This document shows positions 12,121 to 24,957 of a stretch of DNA of 64,000 bases, in pieces; position 1 is the first letter of the stretch, and the number at the start of each line of letters is the position of its first letter. The DNA lies in the NCBI GenBank assembly GCA_964016885.1, contig OZ024742.1, positions 295,120,001 to 295,184,000 of the forward strand. Reading direction: 5' to 3'. Origin of the DNA: Eledone cirrhosa. Lineage: Eukaryota. A program made the translations under genes and the position numbers. The notes below the pieces were generated by a model. The model saw only the letters and a list, made by a program, of their open reading frames with translations. It searched no databases and was not told where the DNA came from.

Positions 12121-12929
12121 CTAGCTTTCCCACACAACTGGGTTGAAACAAGCACAAGGAGGACATTCAGCTGTAGAAACCATGCCAAAACTATAACATA
12201 TGTAAGGAAGATGTCCCTTGCTTTCCATTGGGGAAGACGCTATCTCTGATAAAGTATTAAATTGATTTGTAATGACCCATCCAACCCATGCCAGCATAAG
12301 AAAGCAGATATATGATTATGATGATAAATTTGTATTGCTCTGTGCTTATATGTCTTATAACTTAGCAGTTCTACAGAGATCAATAAAATAAAAATCAGAT
12401 TTAATATAAGAACTGAGGTTGATACGATCAACAAAAAAACATTTAAGAGTAACTCTTCAACCAGTGAAATAATAAAAGTATAATAGAAAATTAGACTAAA
12501 TTTAATAATCTATTTGTGGAGATAATTGCCCTAGTTTGGATAGAAATAAATGAAAAATCTTTTATCCCAGATCAGCATGTATCCCTGCCTGCCGTAAGAG
12601 GTGACTAAACCAGCTATAAAGCATTGCCTCAAATAAGGACCACATACGCCTGTCATAAGGTCCACAAGGGTAACTTCTGCTTTAGCAGGGTAAATGGCCT
12701 TAAAATGCTTGTGTTGTAGTATGTAGACAATATAAATGATGTAATATGATACATACATATATTACAAGATTTATTTTGTAATTAAAAAATTAAAATGCTC
12801 TAAATTTTTTCTTGAAACAGATGTTGAACCTGACTTATTTGTTTGGTAAATATGTACTTTACTTGATTATGTAAAACTGAAAAATCTAGAGTGTCATTTT
12901 AAGAGGTTTGAATGAAAATGGAGTAAAAT

Positions 12930-13410
12930 TGTACCATTTTACTTCAGAACTTCAAACCAGAGATGAATGGAAGCAAAGCAACTTGCATCAAGCATAGGAG
13001 GCAAGAACACTGCTGATAGACTCACAGGAGAATTGCTGGTTTGAATGCTTCTTTCTGGAGAGGTAGTAGTAGGTCTTGAATAGAAAAATGTTGTAGTAGT
13101 AGTAGTAGTAAGTGTCAATCCAAACTTATCTCAAAACCTTACTTGAAGCCGATCCAAGAAAAATGGTACAAGAAATTACAGAAGTGCTTGGTATAGCATT
13201 GCAACTGCTTCCCAGTATCTTGATGTAATCGGCAAGGTGGAAGTAGTTCAACAAATGGGCACCTCCTCTCAATTGACTGAAAAACAACAAAATTGTCGAC
13301 TAGAGATTCACTCTTTGCTGATCACAAGAAATGACAATAACACATTTCTTGTGATTTAGAAAAAAAAAATTAAATAAATCTTGTATAACAAGTGTAAAAG
13401 ATCAGCAGAA
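12930..13410 (+). mobile_element. Decayed mariner transposase fragment (Hsmar1/Mos1-like N-terminal half)
   Basis: Manual translation: LLEADPRKMVQEITEVLGI...YLDVIGKV...KWAP...QLTEKQQNCRLEIHSLLITRNDNNTFL, matching the mariner HTH and WVPHEL region; frameshifted. Confidence 0.75.
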
Positions 13411-15860
13411 AGGTCGACATAAGGTGAAGTGTCAAAGGTGAGAGATGCCAGTACAACCCATGTGTGATACTGCTTTAGATGGCAGATAGAAATGCAGAGA
13501 AAAAAGTTCTATTTCATAGCTGAGCCATTCATGACTAAACTGGCACCCTCAATCCAGAGTTTCATGATGGTATGTGTATGGTGGACGGACACCCTGACAG
13601 GACAGAAAAAAATACATCTACAGGGGTAGATAAACTCAACAAGGAGTCAATAGTCATCCATCAAACTTGCACAAGAAGCAAGGCCCCATTAAGATTTTTG
13701 AGTTTAACATTGCTGACGCAATGTTAAAGCACAGTGCAGTTAGTTGTTAATGAACTACTAATACAGCCATCACTCATCAAGAATAATTTGGTTTCAACAT
13801 GTACCATGCTTTCACTAATGGTATTGAATGCCCAAATGGTCATGTAGTTGCAAGTAGAGTCTTGACCTAATGGAATATCCATGACTGCTAGTGAGAGAGA
13901 GGGTTTGTACCACCATGAACATGGTTGTCTCTCTCAGAGTGGCTGGTCTTGCCATTCTTCTGACCCAGAGAGACACGGGTAAGAGAAGCCCTTTCACATG
14001 TGTAAGGACCACCAAAGGTGGCTTAAATCAGACCGGGTTAGGATCATCATCTCAATCACTTCACTCACAGGAGTAAACTTAAACTGCACTTGCACAAATA
14101 GAAATGACAGACACAGAAATGTTTGGCCAAGAGAATGTGCAAGGACCACTCAAAGAAGCTTTAAATCAGTCTTGGCTAGGACTATCATCATCCTTCTCAA
14201 AAGTAAGCTGTAGCTACATGTACTAACTGTTGATGAATGACACATTGTTGGAACAACAGACACATGCAACTCAAACTATGTGAGAATGTTAGTTGTTATA
14301 ATGTTTTGTTGTTTTGCCCCATCTGGTAATATTATAGTGGAAATATAACAGCATGGTGATAATGTTATGTATTATAATGTACAATTCACACTTATGCTGA
14401 AACTTCCAACTAGATTGTATCTCTTCTCAACCAAGAATAAAATCTATATTAATGCTAAGTATAATACCAATCATCATCATCATCATCATCATATAAGACT
14501 TAAAATACATACAACTCGGAAATTCCAAGACTCAGCAATTCTTTTGATTGTATAATATTCAACTATATCCAAAATAAAACAGACCAGTGTGTATCAAATC
14601 AAACTGTATAGACTTCATACTTTGATCAACAAGCATTTGAAGACTTTACTATTTAACCCTTTTGATATCAAACTGTCTGAAATTGCCCTGCTTCTACAAT
14701 ATATATCATTAAAAAAACCTTCCATCATAATTTCATGTAAGAACCTTTGCTAAGTTGTGTTTCAAACACCAGCTTCACAATGAGGAAATTAGTTACATGG
14801 AGGAAACACTCCCAATTTTTCACTATCTTAGAGGATTATTTGAAAACCATAGGCAGTGTCTATTATTAGAAATGGTTAATAGATGGATTTCTCTAGAGAA
14901 GAGTCTAACAAAACTTAGATTAAAATCACTTGCTTTTTTTCAAGGGAACCTCTGACAGAGAAATTCCAACCATTCACAAACTATCTGAAACTGAGGAATG
15001 CTTTTAGCTTTTCTCGTCAACACTCCATTAACATCATCATCATTATTTAACATCTATTGATGGGTTGGACAGGTCATTACAGACTAAATCAGTTCTTAAT
15101 CAGAGTTATTGTACTCCCACAGGCAGGCCTGGGGTGCTCACATGTCACTTATGTTCCAGTTTTGGTATGGTTTCTAAGGCTGGATGTTTTTCCTATCCCC
15201 AACCACTTTACAGCATTTACTGGGTTCATTTTATCATGGTACCAACACTAGCAAGGTTGCCCTAGCCTCCACACAACTAAAGAGACCTCTCAAACTTTAT
15301 AACATGAAATTCATTATTTGAGAAACACACAAAATCTAGTCTTCTATACCTGCAATGTATCACAAGGGAGTGATAGAACAGTCTTGACTACTCATTTCCT
15401 AAAAGCAACACCCCAACTAGGTGTTTGATTAAGCCAAGAACATTTTAGTAACTCTTGATATATACACAGAGAAGGTGAGAAAATTTGGAAAATAAGTTAG
15501 GTCAATAATTTTTCAGTACCACCAAGTATATTCAAGGGAAGAAGTGAATTGTATTAGGAGATGGGTTGAGCCAAAAATATTTCAGCAACCACTGGTATAT
15601 ATCACAAATTCCTTCTGCTTAAAATAGACTTTGGTGTTCAGTTAACAGCCCAGCAAAATAATCATGTCCATCTGGAGCAAAGGAATCTCTTAACCTCATA
15701 GATTGAATATGTCTTCTAGTCTAAACTCTTCTAGAAAGGATGGATCACTTTCTTACACCAAGACACAGAGGATGATGGCCATCATACATAAGTAATACAA
15801 CTCATGTTGTCAATGATGCAGAGAGGGTCCTAACTACATGAAAAGAAACTAAGAATCCTT

Positions 15861-16200
15861 CTAACTACATTACTGAGACATGGTCTAACTATATTACTGA
15901 TATATGGTCTAACTATATTACAGAGACATGGTCTAACTATATTACTGAGAGATGGCCTAATTATATTATTGGGATATGGTCTAACTATATTACTAAGACA
16001 TGGTCTAACTATATTACTATGATATGGACTAACTATATTACTGTGATATGGACTAACTATATTATTGAGATAAGGTCTTACTACATTACTAAGACATGGT
16101 CTAACTATTTCTGAGATAAGGTCTTACTATATTACTAAGACAGGGTCTAACTATTACTGAGATAAGGTCTTACTATATTACTGAGACAAGCATTAACTAT
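15861..16200. repeat. Minisatellite, about 14 copies of a 24-bp unit (CTAACTATATTACTGAGACATGGT)
   Basis: Direct tandem periodicity with variant units. Confidence 0.95.
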
Positions 16201-18906
16201 AATATAGAGAGAAGAACTACCTACTATAAAGTAATATGTGGGATCATCTATCTAGTCTTTTGATTTGCTCAAAATAGCAGCCATACTGCCCTCAAATCAC
16301 ACTTTAGTGTTTTAAGAAAGAAAGAACACATCGGATAATATGACTCTGGGCACTCTGTTTTTTTTTTTGGGGGGGGGGGGGTATGGTTATGACTGAAATG
16401 CCTTTGGATATAAGTGTTTGATTAGAGTTAACCTGGGGTGCTTAATAACAACTGTTAAGGAATATGATATGGTAACTGATCTATAACTAATTTAAAAACA
16501 CTGCAATGGATAGTGACAACTGCACAAAATATGACTGCTAGCCATGAAGTGGATTGATCAATTTACAAGTGCATCTAGGTAAATCCAAGCAGATTCAGAA
16601 ACCTTTCACCCCTTTGAGGAAATTATGTAATGTATTTTATCATGTATAATATGAGAAATTTCCAACTAAAATTAAGAGCAATACAAGTACACATTTTCAG
16701 AAATGTTCACTAAGCTTCAAGATACTCAATTCAAATGACAAAACAGCAAATATTTATTGATAACATCATCATCATCGTTTAACGTCTATTTTCCACGCTA
16801 ACATGGGTATTGCTTATAAATGGTATTTGATATATCAGCAATATTTGTTATTTGGGAATCAATGTAACTGAATCTCACATGTCTCAGAGATAAGAAATTG
16901 ATAAAATATATCTATAAACAGCCTCCATAAGATCTATCCTGTTTTGATAACATTATTGTTACATCTGAGGCCTAACAATTGTGAAAATATATACTTTTTC
17001 TGTTTGATTATAGGGTGATAGCTTATATAGACATGGCTGTATTCCAGGGTTGCATTATACACAAGGGTGTAATTCATTCCCATTTTTCTGGCTTCAGAAA
17101 CAGGGGTCGTATCGAATGCAAAAAAATACAGCATGTGTGTGAGTAATGTAAGCAGGCATGGTTGAATCGTTAAGAAGTCCACTTTATAATCATGAGGTTT
17201 TGGGTTTGATCCCATTGAATAGCATCTTTACCATAATAGACTTGGGTTGACCCAAGCCTTGGGTGGATGGAATATCTATGGAACCCCATAAGATAGATTG
17301 TAGTTGTAATTCAAAGGTCCCAACTTGTCACATATTGTGCTACACTGATTTAGCTTGAGAATTACATTATGGATGCATGTATTTGGAATATTCAGCCACA
17401 TGTTAATTTAATCAGTTGAACATTCAGCTTATCAAACATCTGTATGTCCATTGCCAAAACTGATGGAAGATCCATCATGATGTGTGTGGAAAAAGCCTAC
17501 ATTTGCCTACAAAACCATCTATTTATTTATGAGAATGCTTCTACTTTGTACACTAAATTGTTGGCTTTCATTTAACTTTACTTTTCAACTCACCCTCCTA
17601 TAATCATTGAGTATTTTAGATAGGATTGTAGATGGAACATAAACTAGGATTCTGACACTAAAGAAAATATTTGATAAACCATTAAATATAGTTTGAGTAT
17701 ACAACACAATCTGGTAAACTTAACTTTCCTGTAACCAAAGAAAATAGTGGTTTCTAATTTAGGCACAAGGCCAACAATTTGGGGGGAGGGGAATGCTGAT
17801 TAAATCGATCCCAGTGCATTACTGGTACTTTATTTTATCAACCCGGAAAGGATGAAAGGCAAAGCTAACCTCCACAGGATTTGAACTCAGAACGTAACCA
17901 AAGAAAATAATGAAACAATACACCAGGGAAGGAAATTTGATATTCTGATTCTACCGAATGATATGATAGTATTCCCATGTTTAGAATAAGTACAATGTTT
18001 GTTGTTTTGAAATAATTCAAAACGAATAAAGGTTTTGGTGTAGAGGGGAAAAGAAAACAATTTTAAAAGAGGATAATAAATTGTATCAACAATGATCGTA
18101 AAGTAATATATCAAGTTTTCATTGTTTGTCGTTTAAAACTAATTGAAAATAGGTCAAATAATAAATTATTTGTAGTTTGAAGATAAATACTGTTAGTTCT
18201 AAATTGGTTTTTGACTATTAACTGGGAGTAGTAATGAATAGTTTTTCTGTTCCTATAAATCCAGCTGAAGATAAAAGTAGATTATTAGATATTATTAATC
18301 ATGATAAACATACACACAAACAAAAAAGAAAAAACAAAACATTATTGTAGCTGTATATGTTAAGTCTGTGTTTTTAACTATACAAGAATATGTCATTTCT
18401 TAGTTTGTAACACTTAAACACCACAAGCTCTTACTTTTAACATTATGGTTCAAAGAATTATAATTTAAAAACTAATTATTGAAATTTAAAAAAATATGCT
18501 TATTAATTAAAAACATATATATAGGTCGAATGGCTGAGAAGATTGCTGTGCAATCATAAAGTCCTGAGTTTGATCCTACAGTGTGGCATCTTAGGCAAAT
18601 ATAATTTAGCATAGCCTCAGGTTGACCCAAACCATAAATGAAATTGGGTATACAGAAACTGTTTGGAAGCCAGTCAGATGGATCTGTACCCAGGATTCAA
18701 AAGGCGTCTTATCATAGTGCCATACCGAATCTGCATGAGAATCACATGAAAGGTACATTCAACATAGAAACCGACGGAGGTCCATTCCGTATAGATTGCA
18801 AACTGAATTGTCATGAAAGAAAAAAATTTCTATAAATTCTATGAACCAACAACAGAAAAAAGTTAAAGCTTATATTTCAAACATGTTTTAAGGCATGCAT
18901 TTGTAA

Positions 18907-19632
18907 TAGTTTTTGTTAAATGTGCACCACCAATAGCTGATGAAATTGTTTGTATAGACGGTTGTGTAAAAGAATAGTAGCTAAATGCTCGGTCATCATG
19001 ATCTTTTTATCACTCACTAGTCAATAGCAGATGGAGGAGGATGAAGAAGATGGTCTCTCAGATACGGCACAGCCACAGTAGCTGCAGTAGGGAAATGCCT
19101 TCAAGCTGTTCATGATGTGCATTGGTTCCAGATCAGCGCACGCCAACAGACCAGCCATGCAACTGTAGCATTAAGTAATGTCCAAGATGTGGCCTGTTTA
19201 GCAGTGTAACAAAGATGTATCGTCTGCCTGCGGAAAATAGAAAAAAAAACATTGTCCAGTATAAGATTACCTCATGGGAACAATTTAAGTAGACCTTTCT
19301 CCTTTCTGATGTGTGAGATATCTGTATTTGTTCCTTCTTTGTTGTTGATGAGCAGCAAGTCAGCAAAGAATGAAGATATTGGATAGAAGACACAGGGTGT
19401 AAGGCTTTCGAAATATTTTGTATCCTCTTGTGAATTTTGATAAGCCATGAAGATATAATAGGAATAAATAGCAGCTGAAAAAATGTTCTAAAATGAAGGG
19501 AACACAAAAACTTCCCTCATTAAAAAAAGGGGGTATTTCAGTATTTGTAATAAATTAACTTTAGTAATATATGATACTATACAAATGATAACTTATCAGC
19601 ATTTGGTGCACATTTAACTATTGTTCAAAACT
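18907..19632. mobile_element. Putative non-autonomous DNA transposon with degenerate terminal inverted repeats
   Basis: GTTAAATGTGCACCA (18915-18929) is inverted at 19604-19618, with further partial matches (GCTGAT, TAGTTTT). Confidence 0.5.
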
Positions 19633-19865
19633 AAACTTACTTATATTATTATTATTATGTAAGAGTAATTTTTAAAAAATAACAAAATCATAAAGACCAG
19701 ACAACAAAAATAAATACACATTCAGAGATTTAGTTAAAATTCCAGCAACAATAATGTTTTTTTTTTCTCTCCACAAATAATCAAGTTTTCATCATATACT
19801 CAAATCAAATTTTTCTAAGAAATACTGTTACAAATGCAAGCACAAAAGGAAGTAAAATAACCATT

Positions 19866-20088
19866 TTAACTCTTAGCATCCTGTAATGATTTAGCCGAAA
19901 ATATCTAAAAACAGGTTTAATTCAAATGTTTATAGTATCTTTAATAATGAACAGATCATTGTGAAAATTTGCAGTAAACTAAAGAAAAGACTTTAATTTT
20001 TAATCTGATAAAATCACAGTGCTGTTTTATACTTTTTAAGAATGTCTTGCTAATGCAGTTTCATGTGGCACAGGACATTAAGAGTTAA
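19866..20088. mobile_element. TTAA-flanked MITE with about 19-bp TIRs; partial copies near 25218-25460 and 63905
   Basis: TTAACTCTTAGCATCCTGT ... ACAGGACATTAAGAGTTAA. Confidence 0.75.
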
Positions 20089-21229
20089 ATAGTTAAAATT
20101 GAAAAAATACATAGACCCTTTCTCACTTTAATGAGAAAGGAAAGTGGTGTGTGTGTAAAAATTTAAAAAAGTAAAAGCTATAACTGTTAGATATATATCC
20201 ATTCGTAATTATCAAATGATATTAAATTTAAATTATAGTTTTTAAATAGTGTGGAGGGGAGGAATTGAAAATCACCCACAGTTTTAACATTAACTATTTT
20301 TAAGTTATTCTACTAAAGTACACTCTTTCTAGATAGGAACAAAGTATCATCCATTAAATCAATCATCATTGAATTACTAGGAGTTATTTTATTGATGTCA
20401 AAGGGACCATTAAAATAAGTAAAACTGGCATTCACTACCCCCAACCCCACCTACACACTGAGTGAGCTTCATGAGAGGGCATTTGATCTATCTGTATTCA
20501 ATTACCCATTTTAGCTTGAGCACACCCATTATCATTATCACTACCTATCTCTCACCATCAACCCAGTTATCAAACCATTAAACAACCTTCTACCACTTAC
20601 CCTCTACCATATTCAGTGTACTATGCTGACTTCAAGGAAGCATTTGATCTATTTGATTTCAATCTTTCAACCATCAATTACCATTATCACTGTACATATC
20701 TCTCACCTTTACCTTTCTATTACTCCATCATCACCTGATTATCATTACTATTACCACTCTCTTACTACACCACCACTCATTATCCTTCTACTTCTGTTAC
20801 CTACACCTCTCTGCCACCCATTATTAACACTACTCTCTCACTTATCATTATGATATTCTACCCATCTCTCACTACCAACTTTCTACCACTGCATCTTACA
20901 TCCATCAGGATGCCTGTGTAACAAGGAATAGCATTGAATCTATGTTCAGTACCATCGCCTATTTCCATATTCAATACCATCACTCTCCACTGCAAACCAT
21001 CATTCTCTCTCCCCTATGAGTTTCTTAGTTGACATCTACCACTCTCACATACTACACTTCTCTGTTGCTACTCATTAATAACACTACCCTATCATGGCAC
21101 ATTCCTATTACTCAACATCGTATCCACTACCAACAACCACCATGGAACTATCAGTGTCTCGCTCCCTCCTCTACATTTCTATCATTCTGATTCCACCCTT
21201 CAGACTCCTATTCTCTCTCTTCATTGTTT

Positions 21230-21680
21230 GGTCAAGTGTCTTCTCATCCTCATTGCTGAGGATTGAGATCATGAACAATTACACTAATTCTTATCTATTA
21301 GATGCCATATGTCCATGATCCTCATTGGGTAAAAAAGTGACATTGGTGGTTCCCGAATCCTTGTCTGATAATTACTAGAAAATTGGCTCCCAAATCACAG
21401 CTCAATCAACTTCACCGCAAGGATGAAGCAATTGACCATTTGAAGTCTTGGTTTTGAATTCAGAGTGACCGTTCTCCGAGACAGACTGCCAACCAAGACT
21501 AATGAAATATTTTTTATTTACACACTATGGGATGGTCATTGACTCTCCTGAATTCCTCCACCCTTTGAAGGGCTTTGTTTTTCACCCTGCCACATGTCCA
21601 AAAATCATTCTCCTCATTAGGCAAGCTTGGTAGGGTAATCAACAACCCAACCAAGGTTGTATCGGGTTACATGTTACCAG
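21230..21680 (-). mobile_element. Probable 5' UTR fragment of an RTE-type LINE
   Basis: Minus strand contains GGCAGTCTGTCTCGGAGAACGGTCACTCTGAATTCAAAACC, resembling RTE 5' UTR motifs as recalled. Confidence 0.35.
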
Positions 21681-22688
21681 TAGCCATTACTTCCCTCCAA
21701 ATTGCACACTGAAACATATTTGTCTTGGGGAAGAAAAAAAAGACAGTGGAGTTGACTCTTAGGTACATACAGAGGGGAAAAACCTCTTGTTGGTATCATG
21801 ATAAAATTACCCAGTATATCTTGTAAAGTGGTTGGCAGTAAAATATACTTAGTACCTTCAGAGTTAATGTTAAGAAGAGCATCCACCCATAGAAACCATG
21901 CCAAAAATGAAACATATGAATGAGACATAGTCCTCTGACCCGTCTAGGAGGACAATAACTCCAAATGAAGAACTGACTAGGACCATAACAACTCATCCCT
22001 TTGTAAGAAAAAATGTATATAGTAGTTATTCAAGGTACAGACACATTACTTTCAATTCAACCATGGCAAAATTTGAGCACAACACAAAAATAATTTCTTA
22101 CATAGGTACAAGGCAAGTAATTTTAAAAGATGGGAACACTTAACTACATACTTCCTAGTATCCTATGTGACTGATATTTTATTTTATCAATCCTGGAAAG
22201 ATAAAAGTATAGTTGACCATGGCAGGATTTGAACTCAGAATGTAAGAACCAGAGAAAAATACTGCAAAGCATTTTGTTTGCTGTTCTAATAATTCTGTCA
22301 ATCCACCACCCCCATTAGTAATAATAATGCTGTTACACATCACAATTGTGTGGGATTAGCTGACCTCCCATGGGGTTGTATCTCATAGGAGATATCTTGG
22401 CTTTTTTAATGATAGGGGCCAAAATCCTATTATGTCACCATATTTCCAATGACAGAGCAAAATTTGAACTCAGGATATACAGAGCTGGAACAAATACTAC
22501 CATGTATCCCATTGATCCCTCTAACAATTCTGCTAAACCACCACCCTAGATCTGTATTTTATTGACCCCGAAGGGAAGAAAGACAAAGTTGACTGCAGCA
22601 TAATTTGAACTCGTAACACAGAGAACTGGAACAAATACCACAAGGCATTTTATCAGACACTTTAACAACTCTGCTAATTCACTCCTTC

Positions 22689-22739
<51 letters not shown>
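22689..22739. repeat. (AAT)17 microsatellite between SINE copies
   Basis: Direct observation. Confidence 0.97.
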
Positions 22740-23683
22740 TTCTTTATTGAAGGCACAAGGCCAGCAATTTGGGGAAGAGGAAAGTAAATTAAATCGACCC
22801 AGTATTTGTCTGATACATTATTTCATCGACCCCAGAAGGATGAGAGGCAAGTTTGACTTTAACGAGATTTAAACTCAGAATGTAACTAAATACCACGAGG
22901 TGTTTTATCTAACACTCTTAACAATTTTGCCAATCTGTTGCCAATAGTAATATTACAAAAAGAAAACAGAGACTACACTACAAGGAAAAAGAAATCAGGG
23001 AGAATTTTTTTTTATGTTTAGATAACTAAATTTTACATCTTTAGCAAAGATTGATTTATAACAAATGTGTGTAATATAAAATAACTGTGTATATATATTT
23101 TTTTAAAATACAGGTACAACCCCAATTTTCCAGCAGCTTTCATTCAAAATCCATGCTGAATTATTCTTTTGCCAGACTAACAAAGATCGCATAATGACAA
23201 ATTACTAGAAGAGTGTACTGCCACTTATTAAAAACATTTTCACTATGAAACCTATTCAATGTATCATCTTCGTTCATTCCTTAAAAACATTAAGAAAATG
23301 AAAACACTCTCCTTAAACCCTAACTATAATATAAAGGTGCAAATGTTTTGACACTTGAACTATGTTTGGAAGCCATAAATAGAGATGAACATAGCTGTCA
23401 ACATCTAAATATTTTGAAGATTACAAATGACAAAGTGCTAACCCAGTAAACAACTCTTTATAATGTTGCAAGGAATTCAAGTGTCAACTCATAATTATGT
23501 CCTGATTAAAACAATTGCTGGAAAATTGGTGTTGTACCTGTATAATAAATTTCATAAATTACTGAATTGAATTTTTTTTTTATATATTATCATTTAAATG
23601 CCAGGGAGGAAGAAAAAAAACAAAAAAATAATCTATGTTGACACATTTAGAAAAAAGGTTAAATGAACCAGTTCTGTATTTAC

Positions 23684-23812
23684 CATTCTATCATCAGCAT
23701 CCTGTTCAAACAGTCTTCACCACAAGCTTCAAAGTTGGCTTCTCTGTCTTCAAGGCTTATTGTACAATCACAAACCATACGACGTACTTCCCTCATTTGT
23801 TTGGATTTTTTC
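23684..23812 (-). CDS. SETD2: SETD2 AWS-domain exon (KKSKQMREVRRMVCDCTISLEDREANFEACGEDCLNRMLMIE-C)
   Basis: Manual translation; acceptor tttcAG, donor TG|GTAAAT; 129 nt with both ends in frame; AWS signature CxC...CGEDCLNR..MIEC. Confidence 0.96.
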
Positions 23813-23922
23813 CTGAAATTAGAAACAAAATGAATTTAACCCTTTTGATAACAACCTGTCCAAAACTGCCTCTAGTACTTTGAAACAAATTAGCCCTTTT
23901 AAAGAGTTCCTATTTATATGAT

Positions 23923-24101
23923 TGTTTCTACTTTAGGCACAAGGCCAGCAATTACCCAGTGCATTACTGGTACTTTATTTTATCGACCCTGTAAGGATGA
24001 AAGGCAAAGTCAACCTCGGCGGGATTTGAACTCAGATCATAAAGGGACGTAACTATGCTGGAAAGCATGGCGTCCGACCCTCTACCGATACTGCCAATCC
24101 A
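23923..24101 (-). mobile_element. Young tRNA-derived SINE with 14-bp TSD, inserted in a MITE
   Basis: Minus-strand A box TGGCAGTATCGG and B box GAGTTCAAATCCC; TSD CCTATTTATATGAT at 23909-23922 and 24102-24115. Older copies at about 17750-17895, 22095-22310, 22740-22940, 24170-24390 and 59900-60045. Confidence 0.9.
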
Positions 24102-24391
24102 CCTATTTATATGATGATAATTAAAATAAGTACCTTTTGTTATGTTACAAATATACCATGTTAATAATTCTTTCTAACACTGGCACAAAGTCAGTAATTT
24201 GGGAGAAGGGAAAAATTATTATATCAGCCCAGTACTTAACTGGTATTTTATATTATCAACTTTGGAAGGATGAAAGGCAAAATTGACCTTGGTGCGATTT
24301 TGAACTCAGAAAGTCATAACTAAATACTGCAAAGTATTTTGTCTGATGATCAACCGATACTGATGATCAACCAATACTGCCAATCCACCAT

Positions 24392-24957
24392 TCTAATATA
24401 ATATAATGAAGGGAGGAGTGCGGAACTGTGTCCTGAATATATTTTTTTATCTCGTTAGTAAAATAAGTTGGATTACTTTGAATAAATAATGAATGAATAT
24501 TACATAATTTACGTACTAAATTTCGTAGCTGTTGATTCAACATAAATATTCTTATATATAATGATTGCTTATTTTAAGATTCACTTCTTTTAAAATTTTC
24601 AAATGTCAATACTTCCGGTTATGATATAATATACGCTATTTCATATCGCTTATATAAACGTTCATATATTAACATTGTTATATCATAACGTTTATATTTC
24701 CATCACTAGTTTTCTCCTTTTTCGTTTTCATTACATTTCACCATAATGCAGATTATATATAATATCTTTTTTAAATGTATCATGGATTACTTTACTGATT
24801 ACAGAAGAGAGTGTAACAGTCTCTCTTCAATTTCTGTGCATATTGTCAATTAAGATTTTATTTGATGTATCATATCTACATGAATGTATATTTGTGTATA
24901 TATTTGCACACTACACATGGTAGCAGAAAACCACCCGAAAGGTGGTTTTTCTGCTAA
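24392..24957 (+). mobile_element. Non-autonomous Helitron-like element
   Basis: Starts TCTAATATAATATAATG; ends with hairpin TAGCAGAAAACCACC-cgaaa-GGTGGTTTTTCTGCTA running into CTAA|T (CTRR); more CpG than the flanks. Confidence 0.6.

Noticed and set aside
13780-14260. Cluster of 61-71 aa ORFs in GC-richer sequence as a hidden exon
   Set aside because: The SETD2 AWS exons join in frame without it and no motif was recognised; probably a retroelement fragment.
15861-16200. CRISPR-like array
   Set aside because: Units are contiguous without unique spacers, the context is eukaryotic and there are no cas genes.
24020-24101. tRNA gene
   Set aside because: The A and B boxes belong to a multi-copy SINE head with TSDs; no cloverleaf is evident.
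24921-24956. Rho-independent terminator-like hairpin
   Set aside because: Eukaryotic intron; better explained as a Helitron terminal hairpin.
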